In this document: piece by piece, positions 1 through 12,428 of the stretch | Layout: every line of letters begins with the position of its first letter | Position numbering within the stretch: position 1 is the stretch's first letter | Made by a program: the position numbers and the translations under genes | DNA from: Macrostomum lignano | Taxonomy: Eukaryota | DNA length: 64,000 nucleotides | Direction of reading: 5' to 3' | Assembly: GCA_002269645.1 (NCBI GenBank) | Contig: NIVC01000208.1 | Span: 186,001 to 250,000, forward strand | Notes under the pieces: generated by a model | Databases searched by the model: none | Told to the model about the DNA's origin: nothing | What the model saw: only the letters and a program-made list of their open reading frames with translations

Positions 1-90
1 TAGTACCACCCACCTCACTCTAGTACCACCCACCTCACTCCAGTACCACCCACCTCACTCCAGTACTACCCACCTCACTCCAGTACCACC
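1..90. repeat. 20-bp tandem repeat (tagtaccacccacctcactc) x~4.5, runs off window start
   Basis: Unit visible directly at 1, 21, 41, 61 and partially at 81. Confidence 0.95.
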
Positions 91-313
91 TAGCTTACAT
101 GTATTACTTACTTTTTTATTAAATTGAACCATAATCCACCCTTAGCTTTTACTGAAAGAAAATTATGCATCTTTAACAATATATTACTAAAGTCCAGTTT
201 ATAATAAAATATATGCATGAAATTGTTGTCAGGGTTGTTAAATCAGTGTGTAAAAATGGGAGTTTTATGGTGCTTTTGTATTATATTTTGTCGTACACTA
301 ATATTATTGTTAA

Positions 314-2530
314 TGATGTAACCACGCTCTGGTCGCGGGATAGGGCATGGGAACTTTTTTGAAAGTGCCTCCTATCCCGTGCACCCTCTGCACAGAGCTG
401 TCGAGACTCGGCCAGGTCTCCGACCGGGCCTGGAGACTCCCGCTCTGCTGCACCCCTCCTGCTGCCTTGGTCCCGTCTCTCCTGCCGCCACACCTGCCTT
501 TCCGGAGCCCCTACCCCTTTCTGTACCTCCCCCTCTACCCTATCTCTTCTGTTCCCGCCCTATTCTTCCTGTACTTTCTCTACCTCCTCCCTTTTTTTGT
601 CTCCCTCTGCACTCTTTTCCTGCGCTGTCCCCTCTTTCCCTGTGTCTACTTACAGTACTTTGTGTGCTCACCGTCTCCCCATCCCCTCTCAAACTCCCAA
701 ACGGTGACGCAAGTCGTGTGACCCCTTCTCCCCCTCGGTGACTCATCGATGACTCATCCCCCTCTCTTGCGCAACCTTTTCTCACGCTATTGTTCTCCTT
801 CCCAAATTTCTCATGTGACACCCACCCCACCTCCGCTTCTATTGTTCTCGTTTTTGCTTCTTTTGTTCTCTCGACCCCCACCAATTATCACATTTTCTCC
901 GATTTTCTCTTTCTTTTGTTCTCGTTTTCGCACCTAATTATCACCTTTTCTCCAATGTTTACTTTTCCATTGTTCTCAGTTTTCCCCAATTATCCCCGAT
1001 TTCCAATTCCTTTGTTCTCGACCCCAGCCCTATTGTTCTCAATGTTTGCTTGCGCAACACTTTCGCGACCACCCGCTGCGCCAATTATCCCCCACCCCAC
1101 CTCCGGATTGCGCAATTTCCCGATTTCTCATGTTGCTATGCCGGTCTCATGCTTCTCATCATGACTCATTCTGACGTCATTCTGCCGGCAGCCAATCAGA
1201 GAGAGGGAGCCATGGTAACGACCTTGAGGAGGCGGCTGTGAGGTCTATAAAAGGAAGCGATTTCGGCATGAGAATACTCAACTGAGTTTATCTCTGTTCC
1301 TCTCCTCGTCCTTCTTTGGACTTGCTGTCAGATTGAGTTCTGACCCATTCGTCTATAAGACGAATCCCTGCCGGTCCGCGGTCTGTTACCGCCAAGTCAT
1401 CCTTAGCTCCCCAAGTGAGCTCGCCTATCGGCCAGCGGTCTGATACCGCCCAGCATCATCAGCATCGCCTGATCTACATCAGCGCCTCGTCGCTCCAGCG
1501 CATCGCCGCTTCACCGTCTGCCTGACTGCAGCCTACAGCCGCCCTCGGTCACTCCGCCTCTCTCTCTCTCTGTGCAGCTGCCGGTAAGTTCCTGCTACTA
1601 ATTTGTGCTCTAATTGCCTGTGCTTATCCGGGGTTTGCCTATTTTCCATTGTCTGATTAGAGAGCTGAGCCAATTGTGATACCGTATCTTTTGCTGTATT
1701 TTACTCAATAGTGAAGCTGCCTAATTGCCTGCTTATTTGCCTAAGGGCCTAATTATTAACTATTAACTAACTTCATCATTATTCAATCTTTCACCATCAT
1801 TTAACTCATGGCTTGCTAAGCCTTTCTCCCGGGGTGGCAAAGCATAAGGAAGTTTGGGTAAGCTAATGGCCTCTCCCCGTGCAAAGCCCGCCTGTGAGTG
1901 CGTGCTGCGGGGCCGCGTGTGCGTGCAGTAGAGGGATTAGCGAGTCTTGGCACAGAATGGCAGTAGGAAGGTTGCAACCCCATGCTAACGCGTCCCTTCG
2001 CCCTGAGCAATCTAAACTGTAGACAGTACATGTTCGCCTCATACTACTCTTAGTAATCAAAGTCGCAAGCCAGCCTCGCTCACAGCCACAAAGGATCCCC
2101 TGCTGAGAAATCCTCCAGGATTGAGCCCAGAGTTCCCGATCATGCCCCAAGCAGAGTCCCTGTACTCGGCTGCATGCGTCTCCCCTGTTAGCCTAAATCC
2201 CCTGGTAACCAATCCAGGCGGGGCTCTAGCCTCGAGAGGTCTGGTAGAAAGATCCAGGTGCGCCAGGTCACATAGAGTGGTGGCAGCCACTCGGTCATAC
2301 CATGACCGAGTGACCAACTATTGCACCTTGGCTACAGGTGGGGTCCATGTGGGTCCTTGGCCCTCTGGTCACGAAGCGCTACCAAAGCTACTAATCATGT
2401 GGGCGGGACAGTCTGGTGCTGGAGGTCCGTCAGGTCATTGCCCGGTCATAGGCAGCCTACGGTCATTGCCCCCTCTAGCCATGCGTTCGTCTCTCTACGG
2501 AGCGGACAGGCGACGAGGGCGGTTACATCA
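314..2530 (+). mobile_element. Probable solo LTR (~2.2 kb, Gypsy-like) in a CFAP251 intron
   Basis: Starts TGATGTAACC (314) and ends with its reverse complement GGTTACATCA (2521-2530); TG...CA ends; flanked by a 4-bp direct repeat TTAA (310-313, 2531-2534); internal CCAAT and TATA; no coding domain recognised. Confidence 0.6.
739..1252 (+). promoter_or_regulatory. LTR promoter/enhancer: AP-1, C/EBP, CRE, CCAAT and TATA motifs
   Basis: TGACTCA at 739, 750, 1162; TTGCGCAA at 767, 1050, 1108; TGACGTCA at 1172; CCAAT at 1192; TATAAAA at 1246. Confidence 0.55.
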
Positions 2531-2718
2531 TTAAAAACATTATTCACTTGTTAAAATTATTCCTATATGTTGTTGTATTAATCGACAACTTACTGAAGTA
2601 CTACTAGAAAGTAGTAAGTCAGTAGTAAGTAGTTAAAAAAGCCATAAACTTTCCTTGTGAAAAGTACTTTTTAGACACCGACTTAAAATTAGTACTATTT
2701 GTACTTTAAATGTTTCAG

Positions 2719-2806
2719 TGTCCACCGAAGCCACTCCCGATAAACGAGCGGTGAAGCTGGTGCCTCTGCACGAGAAGGGCATCACAGTGCTCACACAGAC
2801 GGATGA
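2719..2806 (+). CDS. CFAP251: CFAP251 exon ([28 protein letters not shown])
   Basis: tttcag acceptor, gtgagt donor, phase fits next exon. Confidence 0.8.
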
Positions 2807-4019
2807 GTGAGTCATTGGGATCTGGTGATAAGTTTGGACTCTGAGAACAGATGGTGATTTTGGCAAGGTGGTAAAAGAAATGGCAAACGTGATGAAAACC
2901 GTTGATCTGGGATAAAAGAGCAGGGAATCAATCGGGTAATAGACAGGGGTAATAGACAGGGAATCAGCCGAGGAATAGACAGGGAATCAACCGGGGAATT
3001 GACTGGGAATCAAGCGGGGAATAGACAGAGAATCAACCGGGGAATGGAATAAATAGTGATTAGAATTGACCAGGGCAAAAGATTAAAGGACGGCGTTGCT
3101 GGCAGAAGAAAAACAATCCAACAGGGAAAACAGGCAATCTGACAGGGAAAACAGGCAATCTGACAGGGAAAACAGGCAATCTGACAGGGAAAACAGGCAA
3201 TCTGACAGGGAAAACAGGCAATCTGACAGGGAAAACAGGCAATCTGACAGGGAAAACAAGCAATACAACAGGGAAACCAGACAATCTGACAGGGAAAACA
3301 AGCAATACAACAGGGAAACCAGACAATCTGACAGGGAAAACAAGCAATACAACAGGGAAAACAGGCAATCTGACAGGGAAAACAAGCAATACAACAGGGA
3401 AAACAGGCAATGCAACAGGGAAAACAGACAATCTGACAGGGAAAACAAGCAATCTGACAGGGAAAGCAGACAAGCAGATAAAGAATCGAACCCACAACTA
3501 CCGCCACCAACAGGATAATTGTCACCGGTGACACGGCCGGTCACGTGAAGTTTTTCGACCAGAACCTGCAGCTGCTCTACTGGTATCAGCACTTCAAGTT
3601 TGGCCCAGTCAGCTCCATCTCGTTCAAGTACCAGAGCTTGCCAGCGCAGACAGGAGCGGCCAACGACGACGATAGGCTATCCTTGAAGAGTCAGCCGACA
3701 ATGGACCCGCTCTATGACACGGACGCCACAATTCCCGCTAATCCCTTCTTCGTGCGCGACTTCGTGATTGGAACTTCAAGCGCGGTCTTCGCCAATGTGG
3801 ACGTGAGGGAGAGTCGGGCGCACATCATTCACAGGGACTTTGACGCTGCAGTGCGCGCTATCGATGTGCACCCGACCATGTGAGCCGCCGGCCTGGGGCT
3901 TGGGAGCGGCAAGGGATGGGGGAGATGCTGAGAGATGCTTGTTGGTTGTTTTGTTAGTCATTTAGGTAGTTAGTTAGTTAGTTAGTTTGTTAGTTAGTTA
4001 GTTAGTTAGTTAGTCAGTC

Positions 4020-4051
<32 letters not shown>

Positions 4052-4052
4052 G

Positions 4053-4086
<34 letters not shown>

Positions 4087-4115
4087 CAGTTAGTTAGTTA
4101 GTTAGTTAGTCAGTC

Positions 4116-4161
<46 letters not shown>

Positions 4162-4166
4162 CTAGC

Positions 4167-4226
<60 letters not shown>

Positions 4227-4315
4227 CAGTCAGTTAGTTAGTTAGTTAGTTAGTAAGTTAGTTAGTTAGTTAGTTAGTTAGTTAGCTAGCTAGTTAGTTA
4301 GTTAGTTAGTTAGTA

Positions 4316-4362
<47 letters not shown>

Positions 4363-4367
4363 CAGTC

Positions 4368-4421
<54 letters not shown>

Positions 4422-4426
4422 CTAGC

Positions 4427-4458
<32 letters not shown>

Positions 4459-4459
4459 C

Positions 4460-4542
<83 letters not shown>

Positions 4543-4571
4543 CAGTTAGTTAGTTAGTTAGTTAGTCAGTC

Positions 4572-4617
<46 letters not shown>

Positions 4618-4643
4618 CTAGCTAGTTAGTTAGTTAGTTAGTA

Positions 4644-4690
<47 letters not shown>

Positions 4691-4691
4691 C

Positions 4692-4722
<31 letters not shown>

Positions 4723-4723
4723 C

Positions 4724-4762
<39 letters not shown>

Positions 4763-4763
4763 C

Positions 4764-4797
<34 letters not shown>

Positions 4798-4863
4798 CTA
4801 GCTAGTTAGTTAGTTAGTTAGTTAGTAAGTTAGTTAGTTAGATAGTTAGTTAGTTAGTTAGTC

Positions 4864-4914
<51 letters not shown>

Positions 4915-5603
4915 CAGTCAGTTACTTCTATGTATGGTTATTATTTACTGATTTATTCGGGTCTATGCTCGTATCTGCATTGGTGTCACTCAAAATGATT
5001 ATCTAACAAGTGACTCCGGTTTATTCCGTCAGGACGAAGATCGCCATTGGCGGCAAATCTGGCTACCTGAAGATCTGGAACTACCAGACAAAGTGAGTGT
5101 CAATCCAGTCTAAGTATTTTGTTTAAAATTAGGATCCTTTTAAGTTTGTGCTTGCGAAATCTATAAGGCCCATTGATTATTTTTCTTACCAGATTGACCG
5201 AGTGCTCCCGACACATCGAAGGCAAAGCATCATTTTCCGCCATTCGCTGCATCAAGTTTGACCCAGCTGGCGAGTTTCTCGGTAAGAGAAGAGACTTTTA
5301 ATCCGCCGTAAGCCAAGACAGACTTGCGTGTGCGGTCGGACACAAACAGAGACAAGCAAGGCAGACAAAAAAAGAAAGACACCTCCAAAAAGACTTAAGC
5401 GTTAAGGCAGACACTTAAACACAGAGAAAGTTTGTCAGAAAAGCAGACAAACACAGAAGGACAGACAGATAGTAAGAAACAGACGGGCAGACGCGCACAC
5501 AAACAGACAGACAGACAGAGAGACAGAGAGACAAACAGACACACAGACAGACAGACAGAAAGACCCAGCAGACAGACAGAAAGACAGACAGATACAGACA
5601 GAA

Positions 5604-5662
<59 letters not shown>

Positions 5663-5744
5663 AAGACAGACAGACAGACGGGCAGACAGAAGGACAGACA
5701 GACAGACAGACAGAGGCAGAAAAACAGACAGACGGGCAGGCAGC

Positions 5745-5804
<60 letters not shown>

Positions 5805-5833
5805 GACAGACAAACAGACAGACGGGCAGGCAG

Positions 5834-5865
<32 letters not shown>

Positions 5866-5873
5866 GCAGACAG

Positions 5874-5905
<32 letters not shown>

Positions 5906-6009
5906 GCAGGCAGGCAGACAGACGGACAGACAGACAGACAGACCGACAGACAGACAGACAGACAGACAGGCAGACAGACAGAAAGACAGACAGACAGGCA
6001 GGCAGACAG

Positions 6010-6048
<39 letters not shown>

Positions 6049-6079
6049 GGCAGACAGACAGAAAGACAGACAGGCAGGC

Positions 6080-6122
<43 letters not shown>

Positions 6123-6147
6123 AAGAAGGGCAGATAGACAGACAGAC

Positions 6148-6190
<43 letters not shown>

Positions 6191-6255
6191 GACAGACAAA
6201 CAGACAGACGGGCAGGCAGACAGAGGGACAGACAGACAGACAGACAGGCAGACAG

Positions 6256-6289
<34 letters not shown>

Positions 6290-6395
6290 AGGCAGGCAGG
6301 CAGACAGACGGACAGACAGACAGACAGACCGACAGACAGACAGACAGACAGACAGGCAGACAGACAGAAAGACAGACAGACAGGCAGGCAGACAG

Positions 6396-6434
<39 letters not shown>

Positions 6435-6517
6435 GGCAGACAGACAGAAAGACAGACAGGCAGGCAGACAGACAGACAGACAGACAGGCAGACAGACAGA
6501 AAGACAGACAGGCAGGC

Positions 6518-6548
<31 letters not shown>

Positions 6549-6608
6549 AAGAAGGGCAGATAGACAGACAGACAGATAGACAGACCCAGCAGACAGACAG
6601 ACAGACAT

Positions 6609-6653
<45 letters not shown>

Positions 6654-6744
6654 GACAGACAGACAGACAGACAGAGGCAGGCAGACAGACAGACGGACGG
6701 ACAGGCAGACAGACAGAAAGACAGACAGACAGGCAGGCAGACAG

Positions 6745-6778
<34 letters not shown>

Positions 6779-6810
6779 AGGCAGACAGACAGAAAGACAG
6801 ACAGGCAGGC

Positions 6811-6841
<31 letters not shown>

Positions 6842-6901
6842 AAGAAGGGCAGATAGACAGACAGACAGATAGACAGACCCAGCAGACAGACAGACAGACA
6901 T

Positions 6902-6950
<49 letters not shown>

Positions 6951-8641
6951 GACAGACAGACAGACAGACAGACAGAGGCAGACAGACAGACAGACGGACG
7001 GACAGGCAGACAGACAGACGGGCAGACAGACAGACAGACGGGCAGACAGACAGACAGACGGGCAGACAGACAGACAGACAGAGTAAAACAGCCTTGACTC
7101 ACTAATTGTAAAGGTACTAGTATTTTACAGACAGAGAACCCTTTTTATACAATTTGTTTCCAACTTAGACTCATCTGGATGCGCACACCAAGTCACGAAA
7201 TACACAAAAAATTATATAAGAGTTCAACAACATTTCAGCTGTTGGCCACGAGGGTGGCCTGCTTAGAATCCTGGACGCGGACACCCTGTCCGATGTGATG
7301 GAGGAGAACTTTCACTATTCGAGAGAGTGCATCACTCATATCGTGTTTAGCGACGACTCGCGGTACCTCGCCACTGCCGTGAGTGATGCTGCGTTGGAGG
7401 GACTTTATCTTAGCTAAATTATCTGACCCTCCACATCTACAGTATCTGACCCTCCACATCTACAATACCTGACCCTGCACATCTAAAATATCTGACCCTC
7501 CACATGTACAATATCTGGCCCTCCACATCTACAACATCTGACCCTCCACATCTACAACATCTGACCCTCCACATCTACAATATCTGACCCTCCACATCTA
7601 CAGTATCTGACCCTGAAATCTACAATGCTTCCCGTATCTACTCTTTCTGGCCCTTTGTAATCTCGCAGGACAAAGAGTTCACAACCAGCCTGTACGAGCG
7701 CGAGCGGGGCCGCCCGTGGACCTACGTCGGCCGGCACCGCGCCCACTACAAAGAAATTCACGACCTGCTTTTTGGAGTGCAGATTGACACCGGCTACAAC
7801 AGGCTACTGTCCCTTGGCAAAGATCGATATTTGGTGGGTGACTACCGATTTTTGGCTGATAAGGCTCAAGTACTGATTTGCATGCATAGTCAGACCTAGA
7901 AGAGACTCACTAGCAACCACCCCAACCCCGCCGCAGGTGGAGTACGATATCCCCAACGCCAGCAAGGACAACCTGCCTGTGCTTACATCCGACCGCATTG
8001 AGCAGAACGGGGTGCCGCTCTGCATGACCTGGTACCCACCCATAGTTAAGGAGCAGTTCCTGCTGACAGCCAATGACGAGTACAAATACAAGCTGTACAA
8101 CTGCACCACAAAGAAGTGTCGCAACACTTTTCTTGGACCAACCTATGGATCTCCGGTTCGAAAGTGAGTCTGTTTAAAAAAGATAAATATCGATATATTT
8201 GCAATGGACTTAGAATTATTTTCGATACATATCGCCTGTTGCTTGTTCGCGTCCACAGAATCTGCATTCTGCCGCATCCCAATGCTCAGCCAACCGACCG
8301 TCGCTACGCAGTGTTCATGCTTAACGACAAGATCGGCCTGACCATCCTGCCTCTCGATGGCAACCCCTACAATTCGGTTGGCTGCGTGGCCCATCCGCAG
8401 GGCGTGGCCAACATGGCCTGCTCTGCCGACGGTCGCTTCCTGTTCACCGCCGGCGGGGAGGACGCCACCGTCCAGATGTGGAGCGTCCATCCCGCGTGAG
8501 TCCTGTCTGTCTGTCATAGTGTCTGTCTGTCTGTGTCTGTCTGTCTGTGTCTGTCTGTCTGTCTGTCATAGTGTCTGTCTGTCTGTCTGTGTCTGTCTGT
8601 CTGTGTCTGTCTGTCTGTCTGTCATAGTGTCTGTCTGTCTG

Positions 8642-8672
<31 letters not shown>

Positions 8673-8779
8673 GTCTGTCTGTCTGTGTCTGTCTGTCTGT
8701 GTCTGTCTGTCTGTGTCTGTCTGTCTGTCTGTCATAGTGTCTGTCTGTCTGTGTCTGTCTGTCTGTGTCTGTCTGTCTG

Positions 8780-8815
<36 letters not shown>

Positions 8816-8816
8816 A

Positions 8817-8866
<50 letters not shown>

Positions 8867-11568
8867 GTCTCTCATCCTCAGATGCACATAAAACTGCTAA
8901 TGCAGAGTTTTGGACGCCCAGAGCAAGCTCGGCGGCCCCGATTTGATTCCGTTCTACTCCCTGCTGGAGGGCGGTCGCGAGGGCGAGCTGTTCAAGGAGC
9001 TGGAGGACTATTTCTACTATGCCCAGCTGCGGGCACAGGGCATCGACTCCATGGAGACGCGCTGGGTGTCGGAGCGGATTCCCATTGCCGAGATTCCCTT
9101 CGTCATGCGAGGTCTCGGGTTCTACCCCTCTGAACAGGAGGTTTGTCAAAGGCTTTGATGTTTCACCTATCAGATAAAGATTGGACGGAACTTTGATGTT
9201 TAATTGTCGATTGGGCGGCATTCTTTGATGTTAGTACACTAGGCAGTCGAGTCTACAGATACTAGAATAACTAGTTGGGCCACTCAGGCATATATACTTA
9301 GTGAAACAGTTTTCTACTTTCAGTTCAGTAGCAAAAAAGAATACACAAGCTATTTTATAAGAATAAAGGCAGCTTACATGTTAAAAGGCAGATTTAGGCT
9401 GGAACAACCGAGGACGGTAATAAAAATTGGTTGGCGTGGCAGGGGTAGAGGTTCTGGTGGATTTGGAATTTTAAGCTTGGGGGAATATGAAACAATAAAT
9501 AAGTCTTGTCTTTAAAACTAAATTTAAATGCTTCAGCTTAACTTACTACTGAACTGAAAGTAGCTTGCACGCAAATGTGCTGAGTAGCCCATCTATATAG
9601 TTATTCTAGTATCTGTGGTCTAGTTCACACAACTTACACAGAATGCTCAATCAGCGATTTAATGAAATTAAACTGCGTAGAAATAGATATGCGTACAAAC
9701 TACTAATCCGGTGAAGAAACATAAGTAGCCATAGACTATTACTCAAGTGTGTAGCACAAGATATATTCATTTAATAGAATTACTTGCAGCAGCATTGTCT
9801 TTTCACAAAGAATTTGGATGCTTGGTTTTGCTGCAGTGAAGTATTTGTGCTCTTTTTGTGGAACTTTTTGTGCTCCAGTTTAACTGGTTTCTACGTTTCA
9901 CGTTTCGATTGCTGCATGGTTTCTGGTTACTGACTTAATAAATCAGGCGGTCTTGTGCTGCACACTTGAGTAATAGTCTATGGCTAGTTATGTTTCTTCA
10001 CCGGATTAGTAGTTTGTAGGCATATCTATTTCTACGCAGTTTAATTTCATTAAATCGCTGATTGAGCATTCTGTGTAAGTTCTGTGGTCTAGTCTTACTT
10101 GCTTAGAATTAAGCCAAAGTTTCTTAAAAGACAAAGTTTCTCCAACCCTATTAGCAAATTCTCTCATACTGACCAGATTGACAACATGATGAACGAGATC
10201 AAGTTTAGTCGCTACGTCGACACCGGAGAATACGTCACCGACATCGACTTGGGCGAGTTCATTCGGCGTAAGTTTAGCCACTGGGCAGTCCGTTTAACAG
10301 TGCAAAACCGTGAAAAATGGCAACTAATAGCTGACAATATCTCACCATCTGGACCTTTCTGGATTAACCTGTTTTTCGAGCTATCGTTTTTTGCGAAATT
10401 CTACCGAAGACAGTAGGCAAAGAACCTTTGCATAGGCAAAATCTATGCAAATCTATGCATTGATGTAATGCTACGCTCATAGCTCTGAATTTCACTGCAT
10501 CGCTTTAGCAACATGCTCTGTAATCAATCTCCACCCTGCAGTGTACGTCAACCACAGGCCTGTCTTCGGTCTGTCCCTCGACCGCATCTTCAAAGCCTTT
10601 AAAGTGCTGGGCGAAGCCAAAGGCGAAGAGTTCCTGGTTGATCGGGGTGACATTCTCGACTTGCTGCAGAATAGCGGTGAGTTAAACGGGGAATAATAAA
10701 TTTTCGCAGAATCAACTTACGTAATTTTGTCCCCACTGCCAGCGGGAACTCTTTCTAATCGTCAGGGCATGTACACTCTCTGTGACTTCGGGGTTGCACG
10801 TAATTGGCGTGAATCGTTCGTAACATCCCCGAGGTTTTTACCATTGATCTGCTCTGCCACCCTGATATTGATGAAAGCTTGATGAGTTGCAGTGAGAACT
10901 TCGGAATCCTTGGATAATCTGGCAATATCACAGATTGCATCCTGGTGCAGCTTTTAACGTAATGGGACTATTGAGGTGATCGCAACTCCCAGCCCTGTAG
11001 TTCTAACGCAGCATAGAGCTGACACCTTATCACATACATGTAGTGCAGTATCATTGACAGGCAATGAGAAAACTCCAGATAGAATGTCAAGAAAACCAGA
11101 ATTTCAAGGTGACAAGAACAAACTGAAACTGACTCTAGAGAGCAGCAGACCTTGGGCCATAATCTGCACTACAAGTCCTAATCTGAGTTCCAGATGAAAA
11201 GCCGTGTAAAGAGGATATACATGGAAGTGTACACTAAACCAATCAATTGACACTAGACTCCTCCATCCTACGCTTCCGCAGGCGAGCACATGACGGAGTA
11301 CGAGCTGGCTGAGTACCTCACGACCTTGCTCGGCTTCAACCCGGAGGGCGGCAGCTTCGAGCTGGAAGAGTTCAACCCGGCCACGGCCGGAGACCTCATC
11401 GACGCTCACATTCCGGCCAGGATCGGCGCGTCCGGCTTCGTCGAGGATCTGCTCGGTTTCGGACCCGTGGCCGCCCGGCAGAAGTCCAGCCAGGCGGCCG
11501 GCTCGCGGTCGCAGTCCGCCAGGCCCAAGAGCGTCCAGATCAGCAGCAGCGAAGCCCAGACTCTCTGA
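2719..11568 (+). CDS. CFAP251: Cilia- and flagella-associated protein 251 (WDR66), 3' part; WD40 repeats plus C-terminal EF-hand-like region; 12 exons in window, 5' exons upstream of the window
   Basis: Exons 2719-2806, 3514-3879, 5033-5092, 5193-5281, 7239-7378, 7669-7833, 7937-8163, 8259-8495, 8906-9140, 10177-10267, 10542-10676, 11282-11568 all have AG/GT boundaries and join in one frame. Peptides such as [69 protein letters not shown] and YVNHRPVFG are recognisably CFAP251. Confidence 0.93.
2905..3470. repeat. Intronic minisatellites: ~11/22-bp gggaat-type units (2905-3050) and 21-bp acagggaaaacaggcaatctg units (~3120-3470)
   Basis: 21-bp unit repeated ~16 times with a second variant (acagggaaaacaagcaataca). 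Confidence 0.9.
3514..3879 (+). CDS. CFAP251: CFAP251 exon ([18 protein letters not shown]...DVHPT)
   Basis: caacag acceptor, gtgagc donor; overlaps ORF 3545-3883. Confidence 0.9.
3945..4925. repeat. (GTTA)n microsatellite, ~1 kb
   Basis: Direct observation; occasional gtca/gcta/gtaa variants. Confidence 0.98.
5033..5092 (+). CDS. CFAP251: CFAP251 exon ([19 protein letters not shown])
   Basis: gtcag acceptor, gtgagt donor, WD motif. Confidence 0.85.
5193..5281 (+). CDS. CFAP251: CFAP251 exon (LTECSRH...[13 protein letters not shown])
   Basis: accag acceptor, gtaaga donor, phase consistent. Confidence 0.85.
5340..7085. repeat. (GACA)n microsatellite, ~1.7 kb, with internal higher-order duplications
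   Basis: Direct observation; the gaaagaagggcagataga variant recurs at ~6121, ~6547 and ~6840. Confidence 0.98.
7239..7378 (+). CDS. CFAP251: CFAP251 exon ([13 protein letters not shown]...DSRYLATA)
   Basis: tttcag acceptor, gtgagt donor. Confidence 0.88.
7418..7625. repeat. ~24-26-bp minisatellite (atctgaccctccacatctacaat) x~8
   Basis: Direct observation. Confidence 0.9.
7669..7833 (+). CDS. CFAP251: CFAP251 exon (DKEFTTSLY...[10 protein letters not shown])
   Basis: cgcag acceptor, gtgggt donor, 55 codons. Confidence 0.88.
7937..8163 (+). CDS. CFAP251: CFAP251 exon (VEYDIPNAS...[10 protein letters not shown])
   Basis: cgcag acceptor, gtgagt donor; matches ORF 7937-8167. Confidence 0.92.
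8259..8495 (+). CDS. CFAP251: CFAP251 exon (ICILPHP...[16 protein letters not shown])
   Basis: cacag acceptor, gtgagt donor; within ORF 8116-8499. Confidence 0.92.
8503..8868. repeat. (TGTC)n microsatellite, i.e. (GACA)n on the minus strand
   Basis: Direct observation. Confidence 0.97.
8906..9140 (+). CDS. CFAP251: CFAP251 exon ([10 protein letters not shown]...GFYPSEQE)
   Basis: tgcag acceptor, gtttgt donor; within ORF 8910-9158. Confidence 0.92.
9238..9624. mobile_element. MITE-like element with imperfect long inverted arms
   Basis: acagatactagaataacta (9255-9273) pairs with 9598-9616; ctactttcagttcagtag (9314-9331) pairs with 9546-9563; ends actag...ctagt. Confidence 0.7.
9620..10092. 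mobile_element. Fold-back/MITE element with ~130-bp inverted arms
   Basis: 9631-9761 is the near-perfect reverse complement of 9951-10082; ends ctgtggtctag like the adjacent element. Confidence 0.8.
10177..10267 (+). CDS. CFAP251: CFAP251 exon ([17 protein letters not shown]...EFIR)
   Basis: accag acceptor, gtaagt donor. Confidence 0.92.
10542..10676 (+). CDS. CFAP251: CFAP251 exon ([10 protein letters not shown]...LLQNS)
   Basis: ctgcag acceptor, gtgagt donor. Confidence 0.9.
11282..11568 (+). CDS. CFAP251: CFAP251 last coding exon ([17 protein letters not shown]...stop)
   Basis: ccgcag acceptor; TGA at 11566-11568; matches ORF 11290-11568. Confidence 0.92.
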
Positions 11569-12166
11569 CTGAAGAGCAGAAGACGGCGGACTTCTACTGA
11601 CCTGACAAGACTCACAAGTAACCGCTACTGTGTGAGGTGAAACTTTATTAATTTTAAAACAAAGTTGACTCCGTGCTTTATATTCTTCAGATGTACGTGT
11701 AAATTTAACTTGCTGAAACTGCCGAAGCCATTGTGTGATCTATACTATAAAAGTACTACATTAGTTCGCTGCCAGTGGGTGGTCTTTGGGCTGCAAAAGT
11801 AGACATTCAACCAGCAAAGGAAGCAGGACTTGATGAATGAAAACTCTATCAATAAGGCAAAGGGCTATGACTTTCCGTAACAATGTGTCTTAGTACGAGT
11901 ACAGTACCATGTTGGCTATGAAAAATTTCAGTTTGTTAATTGAAAGCTGTGTAAACAAGTTAAAATTATTTTGTTGAAAATTTAATAAGCGATTCTAAGC
12001 GATTTTTTTCGAGTAGTTTCTATATCAAAATAAAGTTTTCATTTATTATACTTCAAAGACTAAGTTGAATATTACAGTATTTTTTACGAATCAAGTTGTG
12101 ACTTTTCGTTATTTTTTCGGGGAAATTCTTATTGTCATTTTGAATATATTGACTAGTATCAATAAT

Positions 12167-12428
12167 GAGGCTCTTCATATTGCTTGTTCTGTTTCTAGAA
12201 TCAGAACCAATTTGTAAAGTATAACTTTTTGTCTCCTAAACTAGAGGGATATTAGTGCTTTGAAATTGTGATTATTGGATGGCAATAGCCAAGAAGAAAG
12301 TGAAAAATTGTGCAAAGTGAGGCTGTTAAGGCAGTCAAACATTCAACAAAGTTAAAAAGTTATACTGCTTTTTTTCTTGGAAATCCGAACCGATTCTGGT
12401 TCTGGAATCGATTGCCGTGAAGAGCCTC
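12167..12428. mobile_element. 262-bp MITE, possibly Harbinger-type
   Basis: TIR GAGGCTCTTCA (12167) / TGAAGAGCCTC (12418-12428); 3-bp direct repeat AAT on both sides. Confidence 0.65.

Noticed and set aside
281-2554. Short ORFs inside the solo LTR
   Set aside because: Low-complexity pyrimidine-rich translations with no gag/pol or other motifs
3010-3592. Four overlapping ORFs with 7-aa repeats (RENRQSD, FPCQIAC)
   Set aside because: A 21-bp stop-free intronic minisatellite, not in frame with the spliced CFAP251 exon
5395-7102. Long ORFs (397, 474, 555 aa) of SVCL/QTDR repeats
   Set aside because: Translations of the (GACA)n microsatellite inside a CFAP251 intron
8357-9133. SVCL-repeat ORFs
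   Set aside because: (TGTC)n microsatellite translations
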